Shown here: positions 49,614 to 62,257 of the stretch, in pieces
Layout of the letters: each line of letters begins with the position of its first letter
Position numbering within the stretch: position 1 is the stretch's first letter
Assembly: GCA_951406725.2 (NCBI GenBank)
Contig: OX597829.1
Coordinates: forward strand, 20,150,001 to 20,214,000
Direction of reading: 5' to 3'
DNA length: 64,000 nt
From: Octopus vulgaris
Lineage: Eukaryota
Made by a program: the position numbers and the translations under genes
Notes under the pieces: generated by a model
The model's database searches: none
Told to the model about the DNA's origin: nothing
The model's input: the letters and a program-made list of their open reading frames with translations, nothing else

Positions 49614-49614
<1 letters not shown>

Positions 49615-50227
49615 TTTTACTTAGACATTGCAAGACCAACAACCCAATGTAGAACTCAATACGATTATGTTTCAGAACAAAGTGTCAGATGAGTTTAAGT
49701 TCACAAGAAGTTCAGGAGATAATCACTGTAAGTTCATAAGTTCATCATCGTTAGAAGTTCATATGAAGTTCATAAGATAATCACTTATTCCTTTGTCATC
49801 TCTCTTTCTTATACATGTATATGAGTGTGTGTGTATATATATATATATATATATGTATATGTGTGTGTGTCTGTGTGTATACATTATATATATGAGTGCT
49901 ATGTACATTTATATATATAAATTTATATATTTATGTATTATATATGTGTGTGTATATATATTATATATGTATGTGTGTATATAATATATGTGTGTGTGTG
50001 TATGTGTATAGGCGCATGTCTTAGAGGTCAGGATATTTGGCTTATGGTTGTGAGTTCAATTCCCAGTGACGCATTGTGTACTTGAGTAAGACACCTTATT
50101 TCATGTTAAAGATACATTTTTTTGTGGAGTGCTCAGTCATTTGCCCATGTTCCGTTGATCGGATTCACTGGAACCCTCATCATCATAAGCGATGGAATAA
50201 TACATGTGTGTGTGTTGTGTGTGTATG

Positions 50228-50259
<32 letters not shown>

Positions 50260-50918
50260 ATGGCTCAGTGGTTGGAGCGTTGGGCTTACAGTCTATGAGG
50301 TAGTGAGTTTGATTCCTGGAACAGGCTCTGGGTTGTGTTCTTGAGCAAGACACTTTAGGTCATGTTGCAACATCACTGGTGTCAAGCTGTATTAACCTTT
50401 GCCTTTCCCTTGGATAACATCAGTATGTAGAGAGGGGAGGTTAGTATGCATGGGTGACTGCTAGTCTTCCATAAACAACCTTGCCCAGACTTGTGCATTG
50501 GAGAATTTTCTAGGTGCATCCCATGGTCATTCACGACCAAATGGGGTCTTTACCCTTTTACCCTTTTACACACATATACTTATATATATAGGAGCTCTCC
50601 GTCAGTTATGACGATGAGGGTTCCAGCTGATACGATCAACCAAACAGCTTGCTCATGAAATTAACATGCAAGTGTACCCTTAACATAGTTCGCAAGGAGA
50701 TTCAGTGTGAAACAGAGTGTGACAAGGGTGGCTCTTGTTTGAAATACAGGTACTACTTGTTTTTGTTTGCTGAGGAATCAAACTCACAACCTTACGATCA
50801 TGAGCTGAATGCCCTAACCACTAAGCCATGTGCCCTCACACACACACATTTATATATATACATATGCATATACATATACATATATATATGCATATACACA
50901 CAAACATATACTTACATA

Positions 50919-51334
50919 TGTAACAGGATCTGGTATCGGTATCACTGAAAGGGTGTCGATCCGATCCCGTCACATACAATTTAGTTAGATATAACAGACG
51001 AAGTCAGGTTATCGGTGAAAGACAGCAGTTTGTTTATTAATTGTGATGGTGTACGTATATCTGATGGGAAAACGACAGCCGAATCTGTTGTACAGCTTCT
51101 TGTTCGTTGGTTGAAGTGGTTTGATGTCGTCCGCGGCTAAGTCGGTGTGGTTATCAGAGACTACCAATGCACGTCTGTTCACGATGGCTGAAATGCCCAG
51201 AGAGGATGAATGAGTCTGTGTGCCTTAGGGGGTCAGTTTCCCGCACATGCGCATGGGGAAGACTTCCGGTGGCCACCCGGAAGTAGTCCCATTCTGCGCA
51301 TGCGCGCTGAACCTTACACAGTAGCATCACTACA
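50919..51334 (-). mobile_element. Solo LTR (416 bp, probably Gypsy-type)
   Basis: Termini TGTAAC...ACTACA (TG...CA) with a 4-bp TSD CATA at 50915-50918 and 51335-51338. AATAAA on the minus strand at 51033-51038. CpG-rich relative to the flanks. Confidence 0.8.
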
Positions 51335-52650
51335 CATATAAATATATATCTTTTTTTCACTTTTTTATCCAAAGGGTTTTTTAAGATGCAGTTTTTTTAT
51401 AGTTTTATCTACTTCATGATCTACCATTCCAAAAAGCATTATTTCATGTTTTCTCAAAAGTTTCTAAATTCTTGTTATGTCAATGATATTTATATCATCA
51501 TCATCCATTTTCCATGCTGGTATGGATTAGGCAGTTTGATAGGAGCTAGCAAGTCAGAAGACTGTGCCAAGCTCTATCAGCTTTGGCATTGTTTCTATGG
51601 CTGGACGCCCTTCCTAATGCCAACCACTTTACTGAGTGTACTGGATGCTTTTTATGTGGCACCAGCACCAGTGAGGTCACCAAATAACTTACAAGACAAA
51701 ACCCCTCAAGTGAGTGAGGAGTAGTGTTAAGGGAAGTAGCCTTGTACCTGGTGATGAGAGGGTAGAGTATGAATAGAGGGACAGAAGCAGTAAAGGAGAT
51801 ACATGGTTACCTCAGTTGAAAAGAGATAGGAGAGAGAGGGCAGAGAAGGTGAAGATGTGATGGTGGGGGTACATTTATGTTACAGAGTGGTGTATATAAG
51901 TGAAGAGGAATCAAGAATTGGATAGGATCAGTGTGTGGGTAAGTTCAAGAGGTTGTGAAAGGAGAGTGAAAGGTGAAGGGAGCACAAATAAAAGTAAGGA
52001 ATGTTAGGAGGGTATGTTGTGGGAAAAAGTTCAACAGGGACACATTGTATGCAAGCTGGTTCATGAGGGTGCAAAGGAAGGGTGGGTGATAGAGGGGACG
52101 TGAATGCAGTGAGTGTTGAATTCATGAGGGGGATGGGGGAGGTGTTAGTAATGTGGTTAGTGGTCAGGAGAAGTTTATCAGGGACAAATTTTGTGTAAGT
52201 GCATGAACATCTACTATATGCCTTTATGGATGGATTTTTTCAAGCACTGCAAATTGCCAATCATCTTACTCTAAACATCTGAAGATAACTTTTCACTACT
52301 GTGTCTCACATCATGAGTCATCCTCTTCTACGGGTTCCCCTCCACAATTAGAGCTCAGCTCTTCTTTATACAGCTGTCTTCATCCATATTTGTCACCTGA
52401 CCATATCAGCTTTGTTTCTTTCTTGTACACTACATCTGATGCCTCTTATGTCCAATTTTTCACTCAACACATTTATACTTTGTGTAAATGCACACTGGCA
52501 ATGTACATCCATCGGAGTATGCTGGATTCTTTTCTTTCAAGCCTAAGCATGTCCTCTGCAGTACAGCCCATGTTTCACTGCCATGTATCATAGCTATCCG
52601 TACACATTTGCCTTTCACTCTGAAGGAGAGGCCTTTTGTTACCAACAAAA

Positions 52651-52881
52651 TTAACCCTTTTGATACCAAGCCGGCTGCAACCGCCCCTGGCTCTGTAGTT
52701 CAAATGTCTTGTTTTTCATAAGTTTTGAATTAAGATCTTCCACCAAACTTTAGTCACAATTTATGTTCCTGACACTAGCTTAATGATAACTAAGTTATTT
52801 TACTAAATTCTTTGTCATATTTAAACTTAATTGAAAGAAACACAGAGCATCTCAACAGAAATATGGTAATGAAATGGTTAA
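52651..52881. mobile_element. piggyBac-type MITE, family B, inserted in an RTE LINE remnant
   Basis: TTAA at both ends with CCCTTTTGATACC / GGTAATGAAATGG termini. The flanks rejoin as RTE-like sequence (...gttaccaacaaaa | cagctttctgaactttgccc). Confidence 0.75.
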
Positions 52882-53480
52882 CAGCTTTCTGAACTTTGCC
52901 CAGCTTGTTCTAATTCTAAAAAGTATGTTTTCGGAGCATTTTCCACTTCTAATTTGATCATTTAGTTAACAGATCACACCTGAGTATTTGAGAAAATCTA
53001 TTTCCCATTTGTTCATAGTGTTTATAATTCCTATACATCTGCTACACACAAACTATTTTCTCTGTTAACCTTCCTATGATTCCACTGCACCTCTTATGTG
53101 TCCATAGCTTGCATCTTAATCATTAAGCCATGCTTCTTCAATATGTCTGTGTGTGTGTGTGTGTGTATGGAGTACTTAGTCTTTATATGCAGCAGTCATC
53201 ATTGATATACATAGCTGTACCAGCACAACCTCATCTCTTTCGCACAACCTCTAATTTGTCTTATAGCAAGTTTTTCTGTAAGCTCATTTGTACTCACATA
53301 CATGTATACACATTCCCCCCCTCTTAATCCGTTTTATCGAAGAATGCTGGTTCAAAACGTTGAAGATTTTTCCATTCTCCCCGAGTGTTAAACTAATACA
53401 CCTGCTTGTTGTTCCTTTTGCTTTCTGTAAATTTGAACTATACACATGTATATATGTATGCATACAATACAACTAGACGA

Positions 53481-53860
53481 CAGGCGGGGCTGTGTGGTAA
53501 AACGATTGCTTTCCAACCACATGGTTCCAGGTTCAGTCCCACTGTGTGACACTTTGGGCAAATGTCTCCAACTATAGTCTCGAGCCAACCAAAGCCGTCT
53601 GAGTGAATTTGGGAGACGGAAATTGAAAGAAACCTGTCGTATATATATGTCTTTGTATCTGTGTATGAACCCCCACCATCACTTGACAACCGATGTCGGA
53701 ATGTTTACGTCCCCGTAACATAGCGGTTCGGCAAAAGGCACCGATAAAATAAGTAGTAGGCTTACAAAGAATAAGTCCGGAGTCGATTTCAGACTAGAAA
53801 ACCCTTCAAGGCGGTGTTACAGCATAGCCACAGTCAAATGACTGAAACAAGTAAAAGTAT
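53481..53860 (+). mobile_element. SINE family A, diverged but CpG-retaining copy
   Basis: Same organisation as the other family A copies. Confidence 0.8.
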
Positions 53861-53879
53861 ACACACACACACACACCGG

Positions 53880-53920
<41 letters not shown>

Positions 53921-54553
53921 TACACAATGACACACACATACGGAAACATATTCTTGAACTAAGCTAGTTGTCCATTTAGTCTTTCGTATAAAAATTCCAT
54001 CTGAAACCCGGTCTCAATAGGTCAGACAAAAAATTAAAAAAAAAATTAATAACTCGTATTTCCTTGAAACACTACAAAGAAAAACAAAAAAAAAATGAAT
54101 GAAAAATTTTACTAGCAGTAATAATAAAAAAAAAATTAGTTTAAACGTATCTTAGAAACGGTGCACATGATTTGTGTTTATATGCGAATTACATTCTTTT
54201 CAGTTATTGTCTGTAAGTATTTGTTGCAATGGTAGTGGTGTGATGGCTCAGCCTATTCTCTCAAGTCTGCTAGAAATTTCTTTGTTTCTCCGAGCCCTCA
54301 CTTCTCCCTTTTTCTCCCCCTCTTCTCCCTGTGCTTCTATTTAACTGTTAGACCTTTACTTCCTCTCTCTCTCTATGTATATCTGAATATATATTAGTCT
54401 TCTTTATTATTATTTTTTTCCCCCGTCCTGTAACATAGTCTTTTCCTAGAGGTATTGCATAGATCGTTCGTTCTGAGTTTAACCTCAGCTTCTCTTCTCT
54501 TTTTTCTCTCTACTTCCCCATTACCTGTGTTACCCTCTATCTTCTTATATCCG

Positions 54554-54591
<38 letters not shown>

Positions 54592-54689
54592 ATAGTCTTC
54601 CTGCTTCGTCTTCTTTCTTTAATTCTTTCCTCCTCCCTCCGTCTTCCTTCCTTCCTTCCTGCGACTGCCACCTCTTTTATCTTTGTGTC

Positions 54690-54815
54690 TCAAAAGTTGG
54701 CCGGATCCACGCGCGTGTACACATTACACACCACACACACACAGCAAAACGCACACGCTTCACACCAACAAAGATATGTCTATTGCATCTTTTTGCCATT
54801 ATTATTGTAAACCAG
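54690..54815 (+). other. Candidate first exon of an unidentified downstream gene
   Basis: Perfect donor CAG|GTGAGT at 54815/54816. ATG at 54776 gives MSIASFCHYYCKP (phase 1). Preceded by a long pyrimidine/(CT)n tract, with CpGs retained locally. No downstream exon was identified in the window. Confidence 0.35.
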
Positions 54816-54891
54816 GTGAGTTGTTTCTGTGTATATTATATATATATTCGCATATATATATATATATGATCTTTCATTTACCCTCCTCATT

Positions 54892-54919
<28 letters not shown>

Positions 54920-54925
<6 letters not shown>

Positions 54926-54980
54926 AATGTTTATATGTATCGGTATAGATATATTCTGCTGTAGAAGACATCCATCCATC

Positions 54981-55014
<34 letters not shown>

Positions 55015-55145
55015 AATGTTTATATTGGTATAGATATATTCTGCTGTAGAAGACATCCATCCATCCATCCATCTATATATATATATATAAATGTTTATAT
55101 ATATTGGTATAGATATATTCTGCTGTAGAAGACATCCATCCATCC

Positions 55146-55172
<27 letters not shown>
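54920..55172. repeat. Minisatellite, three copies of aaatgtttatat..ggtatagatatattctgctgtagaagacatccatcc separated by (TA)n
   Basis: Read directly from the sequence. Confidence 0.9.
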
Positions 55173-55176
<4 letters not shown>

Positions 55177-55726
55177 GTATACACAATATTATTAAAGCTG
55201 GACATACACACACACACTGTTCTCTTTGTAAATTACAGTGTGTCAGTGTAGAGTTTTAATAACGATGCTGACCTGTAATAAGATAGATGGATGGGAATTC
55301 ACACCCGTTCATATGTTGTAATATTTAGTGAAATTATGTTCGTATTGTTTTAAGAATATATATGTATGACCGCTATTACCAGAAATGTATTACTAAAAAT
55401 GTTATCTTCATGTTCAAGATTTGTTTATCTTAATTTTAACTATTCAGATAAAAATGCTATTACTCAGGCCTTTTTTTTTTTTACTTCCCTATTATCAAAA
55501 AAAAGAGTGATTATTATTATTATTATTGCCTTGCCACCAAAGGTTATTAACATTATTATTATAGTCTTTTTCCTAAGATAAAGGTGGGTGTGTATTAACT
55601 TACCATATATGCTTCTATCGGGAATCGTTCTAACATCGGTAAGTTTTAATAATGTAGATAGATACCTACGTTATGTATGTGCATGTATGAGTGTGTATGC
55701 GCGTGTCCATTCGTGTGGGTATGCTT

Positions 55727-55758
<32 letters not shown>

Positions 55759-55794
55759 GAACACATACATATATACATACACACATGCGTATAC

Positions 55795-55832
<38 letters not shown>

Positions 55833-56016
55833 CGTGTAAATACGCGTACGTAATATTTGTATATTTATTATTTAAACGTATCTATATAGGTATAGGCGAT
55901 AGTATAGAATACGCATACCCAGTATTTAGGGTTAGGGTTACTCCGAAAACGGGTGGCGTGTGTATTCTTTACCTCCGTCTAAGTATATCTATTATTTTAA
56001 AACGTATATATATATT

Positions 56017-56069
<53 letters not shown>

Positions 56070-56072
<3 letters not shown>

Positions 56073-57990
56073 AACACAACAGATGCTCCAGATCATGGGG
56101 ACTCATTTAAGGAGAACCTCCAAAAGACGAACGGAGTATCAACCAGCCTGGATGGCAGCCTACACATACTTCAAAGGGACTTCAACCTCCCTAAAATCGA
56201 ATGGTCTGAGGGCCGCCTTCTCTCAGGTATGTCACTGCATGGCTTGAGGCATTCAGAATCTCTGCTTGACCTCACAAGCATGCTCTTTATAGAGGAAATT
56301 GTACTCCACCAACAAGAGGGAAAAATGTCCTGGACCTCTGCTTCACAAATAATAGCGCTCATCTATAATGTTAAGGTGACATCAACGATTTTCTCGGGCA
56401 GTAAACTTAATAGAACTAACAGTGTATAGTCTGCAGAAAACACCAGACATGCAGGCTGCTAGAAGCACCCCAACTCCTGTCCAGCCTGAACCTTCACAAA
56501 GCTGATTGGAAGGTCTACTAGTCTTTCTAAGTAAAATATTGACATAAAGCTGCAGCAATTTATGACAATCAGCATGACATGCAGTGAGTTTGCTCCAGAG
56601 AGAATGCCAAACCAACAGAAAAATATAATTCCCAGGGATAGGAGGATTCTAATGATGATGAGCAAAAATCTCAAACTGTCTAAATGGGCCACTTAAGGAT
56701 AGCAAATGACCCTATCTCAAGCAAACATTGCTCAAGATCAGAAATGAACTCAAACACACCCATGAAAAGGAGAGGGCAAAAAAAATAGAAGCCAGGGTTA
56801 TCAAAAATATGAAGACAAGCCCTAAAGCCTTTTATAAATATGCAAAAGGGTCTGCTATGGTACAAGATAGGGCCACTGTTTGAAGAAAATGGCTTGCTTC
56901 CCGCAGACCCCACCAGGGGATTAATGAAATAGTGAATGTGCAATACAAGATTATTTTCACAACTCCATTGGGGCACTTGCAAGTAGCGATGCTTGATGAG
57001 TTCTTTGACACCACAGCTCTACACAAAGAAATGGTAATTTCTTCAGAACTGAGGAAATGGATGTAATATCATTCATTGATGAAATGAACTCAAACTCAGC
57101 TGCAGGCCCTGATGGATTCCCAGCAACACTCCTAAAGAAATGCAATAGGCTCCCAAAAGCCCACTACAGATCCTCTTCCAGAGTTTCCTCACAATGGGGA
57201 AATTTTCCAAAAAGTTCAAGGAAGACATAATGTGCCCTATTCATAAGGGAGGTTACAGAGCAAATAACGAATATTATAGACATGTCTCTCTAACAGCACA
57301 TTGTCAGGAGGAAACTGATTGCATTCCTTGAAGATAATGACTTCCTCCCTGACAACCAGCATGGCTCCTGCTCAGGAAGAAGCTGCCTTACACAGCTTTT
57401 GCAGCATTATAACTGGCTATTGAAACAATTAATGAATTGCTGGAACAATTTTGCAAAAGTCTTTGATAAGGTTGATCATGGGATGCTATGTCATAAACTA
57501 TGGAGACTCTGCATAGTCAGAAAACTGGGAGAGTGGTTGCATAATTTCTTAAGACAGAAGCCAAACTGTGGCAGCCAGTGGAACCCTCTCCAAGGAGACA
57601 ATAATAGTGGAGTGCCTCAGAGAACTGTTGGCACTGCTGCTGTTCATGGTGGCTCTTTCAGACATACCTATTTCTTTACTACCCACAAGGGGCTAAACAC
57701 ACAGGGGACAAACAAGGACAGACAAATGGATTAAGTCGATTACATCAACCTTAGTGTGTAACTGGTACTTAATTTATCAACCTCGAAAGGATGAAAGGCA
57801 AAGTCGACCTTGGCGGAATTTGAACTCAGAATGTAACGGCAGACGAAATAAGGCTGCACATTTTGCCAGGCATGCTAACGTTTCTGCCAGCTCGCCACCT
57901 TCTTCAGACATACCATCAGTTATACAGACAACCACACATACTAGCTGTACCAATGATACAAAAGTAGTACAAGAAGTCAAGGAACCTTCT
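56070..57990 (+). mobile_element. Heavily decayed copy of the LINE family at 19830-23050
   Basis: RDFNLP, EMNSNSAAGPDGFP, NFAKVFDKVDHGMLCHKL and SGVPQ, collinear with the reverse complement of 20600-22270. Confidence 0.85.
57668..57900 (-). mobile_element. tRNA-derived SINE family B, nested in a LINE remnant
   Basis: The minus strand reads ggtggcgagctggcagaaacgttagc...gagttcaaattccgccaaggtcgactttgcctttcatcc. Other copies lie at about 955-1150, 13290-13400, 32878-33108, 33680-33830 and 46438-46630. Confidence 0.8.
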
Positions 57991-58545
57991 GATGCTAATC
58001 TACTAAACTGCCTGGCAAAGAGAACAGGATGCCCCTCAACTTCCGATGATACGATTGAACAGCCCCCAGGAATCAGTCAGAATAGCCAGTTGAGAACTTC
58101 AGCTCCCATCACCAACTGTTTGGCTTGTCTTCAGGAGATGGCTGCAGTTCACATAATACAAGCTGCAATTGTTTCAACAGTTGAAAGACACTGATAAATC
58201 TATTTGCCATGAATTTTGTACAGGGGTGTTCTGTTTTCTTTGCTGGGCACAAACACCCCGCCTCTTTAAATTTAGCGTGCCAATTCAAAATGGAATGTCT
58301 GGCTGGTGCCTGCTTAGTAAACATTGTACGAAATTTGCATTGGACATGTGTCCATGATTCAGTTTCAGCATATTTAAGGACACAAAATGACTTCCCTTGA
58401 TTTGTGAATGACATTGCTGAATCTGAAAAGAGGCAAAAAGCAAAATTGGATTAAATTTAAATAAATTGTAAATAAATTTATAGGAGAAAACTTGGCACTT
58501 TTAGCTTTTAAATGGCACCAGTAGAATCATGATACACTTTGTAGT
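57990..58545 (-). mobile_element. Tc1/mariner-group transposon remnant (N-terminal HTH, DUF4817-like)
   Basis: ORF 58109-58414 has KSFCVLKYAETESWTHVQCKFRTMF.KQAP.RHSILNWHAKFKEAGCL. A TIR-like tacaaagtgtatc lies on the minus strand near 58531-58543. Confidence 0.65.
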
Positions 58546-58731
58546 TCATGATATGACTTAGAATGTGACATAAAACACCCTATAAATACCTGTGTGTGTA
58601 TATATATATGTATACACACACATAAATGTGTATATATATACCTGTATATATATATATATATCTGTATATACACATAGGTATGTATATGTAACTGTATATA
58701 CATAGGTATGTATATGTACCTGTGTATATGC

Positions 58732-58861
<130 letters not shown>

Positions 58862-59194
58862 GTGTATATACATATGTATATATATACCTGTGTATATACA
58901 TATGTATATATATACCTGTGTATATACATATGTATATATATACCTGTGTATATACATATATATATATATACCCATGTATGTATATATGTATATATATACC
59001 TGTGTATAGGTATATATATATGTGTGTATGTATATATACGTGTGTGTATACCTGTATATATATATATGTGTGTGTATATATTTACCTGTGTATACACCTG
59101 TATATATATATATGTGTGTGTGTATATATATATATTCCTGTGTATGTATAGATATATCTGTATATGTATACATGTGTATATATATATACCTGTG

Positions 59195-59240
<46 letters not shown>

Positions 59241-59333
59241 CACAGGTGTATGTGACCGCGTGTGTACCGTTGGCAATTTTTTTTATTCCATCTTCCCTTC
59301 TCCGGATCTTTCCTTTTCCTATATTTCTGGCGA

Positions 59334-59391
<58 letters not shown>

Positions 59392-59569
59392 CATATACAC
59401 CTGTATATATATATATATATATATATACATGTGTGTGTGTGTATATATATATATTCCTGTGTATGTATAGATATATCTGTATATGTATATATGTGTATAT
59501 ATATATATATACCTGTGTATATATATATATATATATATGTGTTTATATATACCTGTGTATGTATATATA

Positions 59570-59742
59570 CACAGGTGTATGTGACCGCGTGTGTACCGTT
59601 GGTGATTTTTTTTTTATTCCGTCTTCCCTTCTCTGGATCTTTCCTTTTCCTATGTTTCTGACGAAGAGCTCTGCTCAAAACGTAAAACCCTCCTTCTTCC
59701 CTTCCTTCCTGAGCGTCCAATAATACTATATTTGTTCCACGT
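59570..59742 (+). mobile_element. Penelope-like repeat fragment with a degenerate hammerhead (59654-59688); truncated duplicate at about 59240-59337
   Basis: GTTT-CTGACGA-a-GAGC tct GCTC-AAAA-CG-TA-AAAC, embedded in a (TA)n tract. Confidence 0.65.
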
Positions 59743-60765
59743 TGGATTAACTTTATATATATATATATATGTGTGTATATATGTATATGTGTGTATATAT
59801 GTATATGTGTATGTATATGTGTATATATGTATATGTGTATATATGTATATGTGTATATATATATATATGTGTATATATGTATATGTGTATATATGTATGT
59901 ATGTATATATGTATATATTTTATGTGTATATATATATATGCCTATGTATTATCATTATATAATGTCTGCTTTCCATGCTAGCATGGGTTGGACGATTTGA
60001 CTGAGGACTGGCGAACCAGATGGCTGCACCAGGCTCCAATCTTGATCTGGCAGAGTTTCTACAGCTGGATTCCCTTCCTAACGCCAACCACTCCAAGAGT
60101 GTAGTGGGTGCTTTTACGTGCCACTGGCATGAGGGCCAGACTTTGTGGTACTGCCAACGGCCACGCTCGAAATGGTATTTTTTACGTGCCACCTGCACAG
60201 GAGTCAGTCCAGCGGCACTGGCAACGACCACGCTCGAATGTTTTGTTCACGTGCCACCAGCACAAGTGCCAGTAAGGCGACGCTGGTAACGATCACGCTC
60301 AAATGGTGCTTTTTTTACCTGAAGCCAGACAACTGCTCTGGCAGTGATCCTGCTCGGATGGAGCTGTTAGCGCTTCACTGGCACAGCACCTGTGCCAGTG
60401 AAGCGCTAACAGCTGATGACTGGCACCCAGTCATCGAATTTGGTTCAATTTCAATTTCACTTGCCCCAACAAGTTAACTTAGCTGACACTGCAAGATATT
60501 TTGAGCATCTCTGCAGTGATTCCTGATGGGCTGGGGGCTTTCCCTGCCTTCATACTCTTGATTGCTTTATCTACGAAGGTACTGTCAATTCGGATAGCTG
60601 GTCACTCTGTTGGGTCAACATTCGGCAGACTCTTTTTCTCCCATTCATTCTCTTTATTGAGCAACCTTTCATAGTGGCGTCTCCAAACCTCTCTCTTTGC
60701 TGTCTCGTTTAGTGCAAGTGAACCACCTATATGTATATGTGTATATATATACCTATATATGTATA

Positions 60766-60810
<45 letters not shown>

Positions 60811-60867
60811 GTGTGTATATATATATGTATATGTGTGTATATATATGTGTATATATATGTATATGTG

Positions 60868-60900
<33 letters not shown>

Positions 60901-61128
60901 ATACATACCTGTGTATGTATATATGTGTATACATACCTGTGTATGTATATATGTATATACATATGTGTATGTATATATGTGTGTACATACCTGTGTATGT
61001 ATATATATGTATATACATATACCTGTGTATGTATATATATGTATATATATATACACCTGTGTACGTATAAAAGTGTATATATATATATCTGTATGTGTGT
61101 ATATGTACCAGTGTATGTATATATGTGA

Positions 61129-61185
<57 letters not shown>

Positions 61186-61189
<4 letters not shown>

Positions 61190-61610
61190 GAATTTACAAA
61201 AAGACGAAGATGGGTGAGAAAGTCTTTTACATTTCGAGCCTATGCTCCTCAACAGAGCGGAACACAGGAAATAAACGGAGGGAAAGAGAAAAAGGTTTAG
61301 CTCCTAGCGATCTATCATGGCGAATGCCAGACAGAGAGGCCACACAAGAAAGATAGGAAGAAGAGGAGATAATAAAGTAGTTGTGATCCCAAAACAAAGG
61401 TGCATATTCTTGTGTATGTGAGAGCGTGTATGTACATGTAGATGGGGCTGGTGACCTTGACGTGTGTGTGTAGGTGTGTGGATAATGGTGAATGTGCTGG
61501 GAAGTGGGCAGTGCTAGTATGTGCCATGTGGTATGGTGTGGTGGTGTAGCAGAAGCAACGATGAAGTGTAAGGGATGGAGTAGGGATGGGATGTATAGGG
61601 ATAGTGGGCT
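61186..61610 (-). mobile_element. Penelope-like repeat fragment with a degenerate hammerhead (61222-61260)
   Basis: Minus strand reads CTGTTGA-g-GAGC atag GCTC-GAAA-TG-TA-aaagac. Inserted in (TA)n. Confidence 0.5.
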
Positions 61611-61751
61611 TGTATATATATACTTGTGTGTTTATATATATATGTGTATACACACCTGTGTATGTATATATATTTTTATATATATACCTGTGTATGTATA
61701 TATATTTGTGTGTATATATACCTGTGTATGTATACATGTATTTATATATAC

Positions 61752-61809
<58 letters not shown>

Positions 61810-61940
61810 ATATATGTATATATACCTGTGTATGTATATATGTATATATATATATATATATACCTGTGTATGTGTATATATATATAGATATACGTATATA
61901 TATATATATATATATATATATTCCTGTGTATGTGTATATA

Positions 61941-61990
<50 letters not shown>

Positions 61991-62030
61991 TGTGTATGTA
62001 TATATATATATATATATATACACACATGTG

Positions 62031-62061
<31 letters not shown>

Positions 62062-62257
62062 GTATGTATATATATATATATGCACACATGTGTATGTATA
62101 TATATATATATTTTATATGTAGAAAAATACAAACTGGGACAAGAACGTAAAACATTTAGAAGACGATACAAAAAACACGGACAGGACATTCGAAGCCTCC
62201 AATCTTCAGTCAAGAACCGGATCATCCTAGCAATTTCGGCTGATTAATATATATATA

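Noticed and set aside
55925-55940. TTAGGG telomere-like repeat
   Set aside because: Only about two and a half units, which is compatible with chance.
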